Source of the DNA: a virus
Taxonomy: Duplodnaviria > Caudoviricetes
IMG/VR virus record: IMGVR_UViG_3300047510_002055
Coordinates: 1-52,535 of that record
Length of the DNA stretch: 52,535 nucleotides
Direction: 5' to 3' (one strand)
The notes below the pieces were generated by a model that did no database searches, was not told the DNA's origin, and was given only the letters and a program-made list of their open reading frames with translations. Below are positions 45,627 through 52,535 of this stretch, piece by piece. Each line of letters begins with the position of its first letter. Within the stretch, counting starts at the first letter, position 1. A program made the translations under genes and the position numbers.

Positions 45627-48047
45627 TTATAATGCTCTTACTGCGGTTTTTACAATCCAGTTATCTGAAGATACTGTTGCCTTCAATCGTGCGGTTGCTG
45701 AGAGAATGTCTACTGACAATACTACATCTGCGGTACTTCCCAAATCGTTAGTAGATACATCAGTGAATTCAACATTACTTGTACCTGCTTCCCATACTGC
45801 GGTCACGGTACCTGCTCTATAGTTACTTCCCTTCTTTACAACATAATCAAAGTATGCTGCGTCATAACTTCCGGTTGTTACCGTGGCGATAACTTCGGTT
45901 CCACTATCTACATCTGTGTTACTACCAGATGTAAAGAGAACACCATGTACAATTGCCCCACCGTTGAATGTAACTTGGTCAGCAGTTGATGCACCGTATG
46001 GTGTGATATTTTGTAAACCGAATGAGTGCGTACCACCAAGATTAATGTTAGCACCGTTGAAGTTAATAGCGTTTGAAGCAACATTACCGCCGGTAACTGT
46101 AAAGTTTGTTACATTATATGATGCAACACCTTTTATAAGGTCGGTTGCATTACTACCACTGATTGTAATGGTTTGACCACTAACTGTTGCAGTTAGACCG
46201 TTTGTACCATCAACGGTAAGCGCTTGAGTCTTAAGTGAGACAGTACCCGTACCACCATCTGAACCAGTAAGTGCAAGTTCTGTAACGATACCTGTAAGTT
46301 GACTACCATCACCAGAGAATCCTACTGATGAAGTTACTGAACCCGTTATAACCAGTCCTGCTTCAACGTGAGTGAGTCGTGATGGGAAATCTACACGGAT
46401 AGAACTTGATTCTACTCTATTATCAATATGATGGTCCGTAAATCCAACAGGAACACGATAATCAACTATTGATGGTTCATCGCCAAGTGTTCCAGTGTGC
46501 TTTGGACCAACAATGAGTACTGCTGACTCGTAATTTGCATCATCTGCTTCAACTATCCAACGATTACTTAAACTATCCCAAAGGAATGAGCCTGTTCCAA
46601 ATGTTGAACCAGAGTCAACAACGGATAGACCAGCAAATCTTACTAGGTCATCGTCATTTACCGTGATTCTGCTTAAACCGATATTAAGTTGTGAAGATGT
46701 AACATATTGGATAGAGGTGGATACTGCGGTCAACAATCCAGTAACGGTCAAACTACCAGAGATGTTTACATCCTTAGTGATGCCAACACCACCTTGTACA
46801 ATTAATGCACCATCTGCAAAATTTGTACTGTTGGTAGTATTACTGATTGTTTGAATACCAGTAAAGGTGTTTGAACCAGTAGTTGCAATGGTTGCAATAC
46901 CAGTGGTGTTACGAACATCAATTTGGTTACTACTCGATACAACACCGTTGGTTGAAAGAAGAGAACCGGTGATGCCTTCGGTTACTGCAAATGAACCTGT
47001 TACATTTGCGCCGGTACTGTCTACTCTGAATCTTCTTGTCCATGTGCTGCCGTTGTATTCTGCAACGTTGAATCCACTGACACCGCCATTTTGTGTGTCA
47101 AATACGAATTCTGCACTGCCTCGTTGTGTTGTATTTGAATAGTTGTTACCAAACATTTGGTAATACGACCCAAGGATGTTTGTACCATCATAGAATCCAA
47201 AGAGAGTACTTGCTGTATTGTTTACTACACGAATTTCACCGTTTGAGCCAAGTAAAACACTTCCACTAATTGTTTGACCGGCGGTGAATACATTTGAACC
47301 AGTAGTTGCAATGGTTGCAATACCAGTGGTGTTACGAACATCGGTTTGTACAGAACTACTGAATATACCTTCTGTGTTTAACTTAGTCTTGACACCATCG
47401 TTAAATGTTGCCGACCCCGTATCAAGTGCGACAGTAACAGAACCGCCAAGTGATACTGAGCCACCTTGAGTTAAACCACTACCTGCGGTAACGGTTACGG
47501 AGCTATTGACTAATCCACTATTTGGGATATTAGTAATTTGTGCACCACTACCAGAGAATGACCCACTAATTGATGTTGAACTGATTGACCCCGTGTTAAT
47601 TACACTACCAGAAATTATTACGTTATCAGTTAGTGCGTTACCTAAGTTCGTGTTACCTTGAACTGTTAAATCTTCAAGAACTGTAATACTGTCAAGATTA
47701 ATTGTAGTTGCTTGAACTGTACCGATATATGCGGTACCACTTACATATAAGTCCTTCCAATACTTGGACCCAGAACCGAGGTCAAACGCATTGTTGACAT
47801 CGGGAACGATAGAAGAACTAACTTCGGCTAGGAACTTGACTACATCAAGGTCTGCGTTACCAACCGTTAGATTACCACCGATTGTAATATCACCATTGAT
47901 ACTTGCACTTCCAAGTAACTGGAGATTTGATGCCGTGACATTGTAGCCAGTTGCGTTAATATCACCTTGAACACCTAAAGAGCCTGTTACCTTCGCACCA
48001 TTCGCAAGGACTATCAGACCTTTACGTGCAATAAATTCATTCGCCAT
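45627..48047 (-). CDS. Tail fibre-like virion protein
   Basis: MANEFIARKGLIV start, 'DLGSGSKYWKDLY', 'ATTGSN.F' repeats, and a C-terminal beta domain shared with 48096-49184. Confidence 0.75.
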   Translation of the reverse strand: MANEFIARKGLIVLANGAKVTGSLGVQGDINATGYNVTASNLQLLGSASINGDITIGGNLTVGNADLDVVKFLAEVSSSIVPDVNNAFDLGSGSKYWKDLYVSGTAYIGTVQATTINLDSITVLEDLTVQGNTNLGNALTDNVIISGSVINTGSISSTSISGSFSGSGAQITNIPNSGLVNSSVTVTAGSGLTQGGSVSLGGSVTVALDTGSATFNDGVKTKLNTEGIFSSSVQTDVRNTTGIATIATTGSNVFTAGQTISGSVLLGSNGEIRVVNNTASTLFGFYDGTNILGSYYQMFGNNYSNTTQRGSAEFVFDTQNGGVSGFNVAEYNGSTWTRRFRVDSTGANVTGSFAVTEGITGSLLSTNGVVSSSNQIDVRNTTGIATIATTGSNTFTGIQTISNTTNSTNFADGALIVQGGVGITKDVNISGSLTVTGLLTAVSTSIQYVTSSQLNIGLSRITVNDDDLVRFAGLSVVDSGSTFGTGSFLWDSLSNRWIVEADDANYESAVLIVGPKHTGTLGDEPSIVDYRVPVGFTDHHIDNRVESSSIRVDFPSRLTHVEAGLVITGSVTSSVGFSGDGSQLTGIVTELALTGSDGGTGTVSLKTQALTVDGTNGLTATVSGQTITISGSNATDLIKGVASYNVTNFTVTGGNVASNAINFNGANINLGGTHSFGLQNITPYGASTADQVTFNGGAIVHGVLFTSGSNTDVDSGTEVIATVTTGSYDAAYFDYVVKKGSNYRAGTVTAVWEAGTSNVEFTDVSTNDLGSTADVVLSVDILSATARLKATVSSDNWIVKTAVRAL
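46870..47342. repeat. Exact 50-bp direct repeat (46870-46919 and 47293-47342)
   Basis: tttgaaccagtagttgcaatggttgcaataccagtggtgttacgaacatc occurs twice, 423 bp apart, encoding DVRNTTGIATIATTGS. Confidence 0.9.
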
Positions 48048-48075
48048 ACGGTTCTCCCAACGGGGTTTTATTGTA

Positions 48076-48085
48076 TATAAATATT
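48076..48085 (-). promoter_or_regulatory. Putative late-promoter motif (AATATTTATA)
   Basis: Intergenic, about 29 nt upstream of the ATG at 48047. Confidence 0.55.
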
Positions 48086-48095
48086 AAATACTTTT

Positions 48096-49184
48096 TTAAG
48101 AATTCAAATTTGGAAACAATTTGAATAAACTTTGTACAGTCCAAGCACCTGTACCCGTGCCTTCACTATTAACGCGTAACCGTAATTCATTTGAACTACT
48201 TAGGAATCTAAACGATATATCACTAGTATCCCCGATATCTGTAGTAGATATGTCTGTAAATACGATACTGGCCGTATTTAACCACGATGCCATAATAATA
48301 CCCATCCGACATGCACCTGGACGTTGTGCAAGGTATTCTACAGTCATACCTGAATATTGCGTCGTTGAAATATACGGCTGTACATATTCTGTAACCCCGA
48401 ATATTCCTTGGTTAATAGACCCAGTAAATACAATAGAAACTGTTCCTGCATTTAACTTGTATTCATTAGATTTTACAAATTCTGTAACGGTTGTGGAACC
48501 TGTGACTTCTATACTTTGTTTTGCTACTAACGGAGTGTTTACCGTTACTCGTCCATCAGTATAACTTCCCGACCCTTGAAATTCTAATGGAATATAAGCA
48601 GTAAAATCTGTGCTTCCACTTGTAACAAATATTGCAGGATTATCGTGTGTTGCAAATCCTGGACGGCTGGCTATTTGTGACGGAAATCCAACTAATCCAA
48701 TTTGCTTTCCATCATATGATGTAAACACACCATCTTTGTTTAATCCCGATGTGTGGGTGGATCCTGAACTAATTGCTACTCCAGTTGTATCTATTCTAAC
48801 GTTTCCTGCGGTCTGACCAAGACCTCCACTAATTCTTAATTGGTGTGTTGCGGGATTAAATGTTAATTTTACATCTCCATCTGTAGCTAACTTAGATCCA
48901 CTTACAACTGGAATTTCAAAATAAGAACTTTGTGTTACCGTTGCAAAATTTATAGTTTCTGCGGTTTGTGCATAACTCGCTGATGTTGCGAATTGAGCAC
49001 TTACACTTGCACCACTTACATACGAGGCAGATGCAGCTATTCCAGCCATATCCGCATAACTAGTAAATGACCCAGTTACTTGGGTAGTAATTCTACCGGG
49101 AACGATGTTTATATTATATTGGTCACCTTCTCTAACAACAACCCGAAGATTTGGAATATCGGTATTGACGATAAAATTGCTCAT
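48096..49184 (-). CDS. Virion/fibre-associated protein
   Basis: SASYA repeats; the C-terminal domain 'FTDISTTDIGDTSDI...WTVQS' is paralogous to that of 45627-48047. Confidence 0.65.
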   Translation of the reverse strand: MSNFIVNTDIPNLRVVVREGDQYNINIVPGRITTQVTGSFTSYADMAGIAASASYVSGASVSAQFATSASYAQTAETINFATVTQSSYFEIPVVSGSKLATDGDVKLTFNPATHQLRISGGLGQTAGNVRIDTTGVAISSGSTHTSGLNKDGVFTSYDGKQIGLVGFPSQIASRPGFATHDNPAIFVTSGSTDFTAYIPLEFQGSGSYTDGRVTVNTPLVAKQSIEVTGSTTVTEFVKSNEYKLNAGTVSIVFTGSINQGIFGVTEYVQPYISTTQYSGMTVEYLAQRPGACRMGIIMASWLNTASIVFTDISTTDIGDTSDISFRFLSSSNELRLRVNSEGTGTGAWTVQSLFKLFPNLNS

Positions 49185-49187
49185 CTA

Positions 49188-49526
49188 TTATCTCGTAGCA
49201 GCTGGGCGAACGACAAAGTATCCTTCAAGAACACGACGAGTGATGGAACCACTGGTCATCTTGACATCATACACATACTTACGCTGTGTTAATGCACTTG
49301 TATCCGAAGGGCTCAATTCTATATAGAAACTTCCCGAAGTCTGTGGATTTACTTTTGTAATCGTGAATGTAGCAGCAATTTCATCCGTGCTAAAATTTTC
49401 ACGAACTTGGCCAGTAAATGTATAATTTGTTATATCTAAGTAAGAATCTGTATCTATATTTTCTAGGCTGGTCAATATTTTGAAAGTTTCCCCTTGACCA
49501 ATGTTGAATTCAGTAATTTCTGCCAT
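49188..49526 (-). CDS. Beta-sandwich baseplate/fibre-attachment protein (LtfC/BppU-like)
   Basis: 'IGQGETF...LDITNYTFTGQVR...YVYDVKM...RVLEG..VVRPAATR' pattern, in tail gene context. Confidence 0.65.
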   Translation of the reverse strand: MAEITEFNIGQGETFKILTSLENIDTDSYLDITNYTFTGQVRENFSTDEIAATFTITKVNPQTSGSFYIELSPSDTSALTQRKYVYDVKMTSGSITRRVLEGYFVVRPAATR

Positions 49527-49553
49527 AGTCTTCCTCGAAAAAATACACCTTTA

Positions 49554-49563
49554 TATAAGTATC
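49554..49563 (-). promoter_or_regulatory. Putative late-promoter motif variant (GATACTTATA)
   Basis: Lies just downstream of the terminator and about 28 nt before the ATG at 49526, where a fresh promoter would be needed. Confidence 0.6.
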
Positions 49564-49583
49564 ACTAAGTATTGGTATATAAC

Positions 49584-49613
49584 AAAAAACCCCACTTTTT
49601 AGGTGGGGTTTTT
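49584..49613 (-). terminator. Rho-independent terminator after the tail tube gene
   Basis: Minus strand AAAAACCCCAC-CTAAAAA-GTGGGGTTTTTT: GC stem plus U6 tail. It is symmetric, so potentially bidirectional. Confidence 0.85.
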
Positions 49614-49628
49614 GCTTTTACTACAATA

Positions 49629-50117
49629 TTAGTAGTTGAGGATGCAGTAGTCTGGTTGGATGGTCAATGAGATGGACATAGGGTCATCCTTTTCCCAACT
49701 CATTTCACCGAATTCAACTTTGGTGATTTGTGCGCCCTTAAGAATCCATTCTTCAACCTTATCACCTACTGGACCAAGAACATTAATGATGATGTCCTTC
49801 TTGTAGAATTCTGCATATCCGTCACGACCGGTAACTGATTCGTGGTGAAGACGAACCCATTCCATTACTGCTTGTGCACCTGATGGTACGATTGGGTCAT
49901 ATAATTCTAATACCATTTCATCCCATACAGTCTTACCCTTGATGTAGCGTTGTAGATTGATGTGGTCTAAACGCTTTTTTTCTTGGGTAATCTTTGGACG
50001 GTCTGCCTTCTTGATAAGATAGGAAGGAATTCCGTCGATAGACATAATATAGCGATTCGCAGTCTTTGGTTCGAATGCGGTGAAAAATAGTTCTTGTTCA
50101 TTGACCAAATTTGCCAT
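49629..50117 (-). CDS. Tail tube protein (T4 gp19-like)
   Basis: 'FEPKTANRY...RPKI...LYDPIVPSGAQAVMEW...YKKDI...GDKVEEWILKGA'; directly follows the sheath gene, with GGAG RBS. Confidence 0.88.
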   Translation of the reverse strand: MANLVNEQELFFTAFEPKTANRYIMSIDGIPSYLIKKADRPKITQEKKRLDHINLQRYIKGKTVWDEMVLELYDPIVPSGAQAVMEWVRLHHESVTGRDGYAEFYKKDIIINVLGPVGDKVEEWILKGAQITKVEFGEMSWEKDDPMSISLTIQPDYCILNY

Positions 50118-50147
50118 ATGGCTCTCCAGATATAGATTGGTACTTTA

Positions 50148-50157
50148 AATAAATAGT
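50148..50157 (-). promoter_or_regulatory. Putative late-promoter motif (ACTATTTATT)
   Basis: Intergenic, about 31 nt upstream of the tube ATG. Confidence 0.45.
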
Positions 50158-50175
50158 GGTTATTAAAAAAACTGA

Positions 50176-52512
50176 TTAGATGGTATCGAAGGTTGCACCA
50201 GTTGGGAGAATATTGAAATCCAACTTGATGAATTCTGCGGTACGGGTTGGTTGGAGATAGATTGCACCAACCAAAATGTTGCGGTCAATAATATCTGGTG
50301 TATTATTGGTTTCATCCATAACCACACGGAATGCGGTCAAACCAGAACGTTGTTGAATACCTGCGAGATATGGATTGACAATGTTCAAGAAACGTGTACG
50401 TGTTGCTTCGGTGTTTTGTTCGAAGACCAAGTAACGTGCTGAACTTGCGATGTACTTCTTAACAGTGATAAGAAGACGACGAACGTTTACGCGGTCAAGT
50501 GCTGATGCTCTACGTTGTAATGTCTTTTGTCCCCAAACACAGATGCCTTGTCCTGGGAATTGTGCGATTGGATTGACCTTTGATTCGTACAATTCGTCAC
50601 GTTGTGCTTGAGTTAGACGAGTCTTAACACCGACTGCGCCTGGAATACCACCACGGTTCAATCCTGCTGGTGCGAACCATTCTGCTCCAACGTTATCACT
50701 GTATGCGTATACTTCTGGAAGAACTACTGATGGTGGTGCCCAGAGAAACTTACCAGTAATATCGTCAAGAACACGAACCCAAGGATAGTAACCAGCTGCG
50801 TAGTTAGTATCAAGAAGTTCTGCGTATGATGTTACTGAATCAATTGTTGCGTCAAGAACGTCAAGGTCTGCGATATAGAAGCAGTCACCACGTTGTTCAC
50901 AGATGTCAATTGCTGATTGTGCAATATAACTGTGTTGTGAGTAGATAACACCAGGTACGACTAAGAGATTGAAATCTACTGCATCTGCATTACTTAATTG
51001 ATTCAATGCTCTCTTATATTCTACTGAACCAGATGCTGCTGCACCGTTAAGATTGAATCCTTGGGTGTTTGTTGCGGTGATTGCGCCACCAAGTGCGATT
51101 TGACGGTTTGGCTTGAATCCATCGAATCCACTTTGGAATGGAACTGAAAAACGACGATATGTTACGTGGTCGCGGTTGGTAAGAGAAATTGCACTTCCAT
51201 TTACTTCTGTTGCTGGAAGGTTTTCAATATTGAATTCTCCACCAACAGTGTTTGAACCTACTGTTGGTCCAAGATATGATTCTGCGGTAAAGACACTACC
51301 AGATACGTATGTACCATCAAAGTTGAATCCGTAGTAGTTAGTGTTTGGACCAGTTGCATCTGCATTGTATCCAGCAACACTTGCACTTACCCAACGACTG
51401 TTCACATATGCTGTGAATGGAACTTCACCAGAAGTTGAAGAGAATACTGAGTTCAATGCTGCGAATCCATATGGAACTGCATTTTGTGGAATGACATCTT
51501 CACTTATTTCAATACGAATATACTTTGAAAGGTTTGGATAATCACCTTCGTAAGTAGTTAATCCAGTACTTGAGTTATATGTTGGAACACTGTTACCAAT
51601 TACTCTTGCGATATAATTTGGACTAGTTGGGTCAAAGTTTAAGTTGTTGAATTGTTCAACTACAACTGGTGATGTATCAGTGTCGGTAAATTCACGAACA
51701 TTAAGTGTGAATGAGCCGTATTGACTGTCTGGATTGGTACTTGGTGAAATACCAGTGATAGAAATCTTAATTTGCTTGTTTGCACCAGTACCGTCACTTA
51801 ATGTATGTACCTTGAACAAATTACGCTTACTACCACCGATGGTTTGTGAACGAATCCAAGGAGTGGTTGCATTATCGTATTGAGTTGCTAAGTTTAATGT
51901 GTTGATACTTGAGGAGAAGTGGATTAATTCTCCAGCAAATGAACCAACTTGATTGAGTGCATCTGGGAACACTGCATAAACATATGCAGGAATAGTTGAA
52001 CTCTTACCTTGTGCGTCAGTACCAAATACTTCATTGATGAATGAAGAATTAGTTTCTGTTGGACTTACAACACTTGCTGAATAGTGAATGTTAGCGGAAC
52101 TACTGACCACTACACTGAAACTTGATGTAGTACCACCTACCACTACACTACTAAGTGAACTTCCCGATACAGTTGGATGAAGAACTGCGAATACCTTATT
52201 TCCAGTTGAACCAGAAGCGAAGATAGTTGCGACACTTGTTGTGTATCCAGCTAAACCAAGAACACGAACAATCGTTGCACTACCAGCTTCTTGAAGGTAG
52301 TTCTTAACGGTGTATCCCATATAAGAAGTACCATCTGGTTCACCAAATGAGGTGACGAATCCATCTAGTCCTTGAACTGGGGTAGCTACGAATGCTGGTC
52401 CTTTAGTAGTTGGACCAACAAACGCCGCGCCTATTTCAGCAACGCCTTGAGCGAGGAATGTTTGGTCGCGTTCTTGTGTAAAGACACCAGGCGACACGAT
52501 TCTTTCTGCCAT
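50176..52512 (-). CDS. Contractile tail sheath protein (T4 gp18-like)
   Basis: 'SPGVFTQERD', 'AFVGPTTKGP', 'WFAPAGLNRG', 'VWGQKTL...LDRVNVRRLL', 'VFEQN' and 'LQPTRTAEFI'. Confidence 0.95.
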   Translation of the reverse strand: MAERIVSPGVFTQERDQTFLAQGVAEIGAAFVGPTTKGPAFVATPVQGLDGFVTSFGEPDGTSYMGYTVKNYLQEAGSATIVRVLGLAGYTTSVATIFASGSTGNKVFAVLHPTVSGSSLSSVVVGGTTSSFSVVVSSSANIHYSASVVSPTETNSSFINEVFGTDAQGKSSTIPAYVYAVFPDALNQVGSFAGELIHFSSSINTLNLATQYDNATTPWIRSQTIGGSKRNLFKVHTLSDGTGANKQIKISITGISPSTNPDSQYGSFTLNVREFTDTDTSPVVVEQFNNLNFDPTSPNYIARVIGNSVPTYNSSTGLTTYEGDYPNLSKYIRIEISEDVIPQNAVPYGFAALNSVFSSTSGEVPFTAYVNSRWVSASVAGYNADATGPNTNYYGFNFDGTYVSGSVFTAESYLGPTVGSNTVGGEFNIENLPATEVNGSAISLTNRDHVTYRRFSVPFQSGFDGFKPNRQIALGGAITATNTQGFNLNGAAASGSVEYKRALNQLSNADAVDFNLLVVPGVIYSQHSYIAQSAIDICEQRGDCFYIADLDVLDATIDSVTSYAELLDTNYAAGYYPWVRVLDDITGKFLWAPPSVVLPEVYAYSDNVGAEWFAPAGLNRGGIPGAVGVKTRLTQAQRDELYESKVNPIAQFPGQGICVWGQKTLQRRASALDRVNVRRLLITVKKYIASSARYLVFEQNTEATRTRFLNIVNPYLAGIQQRSGLTAFRVVMDETNNTPDIIDRNILVGAIYLQPTRTAEFIKLDFNILPTGATFDTI

Positions 52513-52535
52513 ACGGTATTCTCCAAACTAAATTT

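Noticed and set aside
639-51541. Numerous plus-strand ORFs (and short nested minus-strand ORFs) in the ORF track
   Set aside because: All lie antisense to, or out of frame within, long motif-bearing minus-strand genes. The Pro/Val-rich ones (e.g. 42322-42969) are mirror translations of Gly/Thr repeats.
1-52535. Alternative genetic code (stop-codon reassignment), introns, inteins, tRNA genes
   Set aside because: Standard-code ORFs tile the minus strand almost completely, TAA, TAG and TGA all serve as stops, gaps are at most about 100 nt, and the helicase and radical SAM proteins show no intein-sized insertions.

Overview
The window is part of the genome of a large, AT-rich contractile-tailed phage (T4-like myovirus tail module). 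Essentially every real gene is on the minus strand. In transcription order (right to left) it holds: tail sheath, tail tube and a terminator; about 19 kb of tail-fibre and lectin genes (two paralogous fibres with S74 chaperone domains and Pro-free Gly-X-Y tracts, plus LamG, fibrinogen-like and glycine-rich proteins); a 66-aa late-expressed orphan; a ~24-kb enzyme cluster (6211-30076); more small virion-type genes; a SNF2-family helicase; a gp26-like/tail-chaperone gene; and the start of a probable tape-measure gene. The enzyme cluster has five SPASM/twitch radical SAM enzymes, a B12 radical SAM, four glycosyltransferase-like proteins, a UDP-sugar dehydrogenase, a carbamoyltransferase, a methyltransferase, two QueC-like PP-loop enzymes, two sulfotransferase-like proteins, an APS kinase-nucleotidyltransferase fusion, three SGNH-like proteins and a subtilisin. 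The best candidate for an undescribed system is this cluster, which I infer decorates virion proteins (glycan tailoring or RiPP-like chemistry); the substrate cannot be determined from sequence alone. Other signals read directly from the DNA are a candidate +1/-2 frameshift at a U7 run just upstream of the tape-measure gene, a recurrent intergenic TA(T/C)TTAT motif before structural genes, two near-consensus sigma70 promoters before non-structural blocks, an unannotated 37-aa ORF, and an exact 50-bp direct repeat bracketing an in-frame fibre module. I saw no tRNA, rRNA, CRISPR array, integrase or reverse transcriptase. All product calls rest on motif recognition, not database searches.
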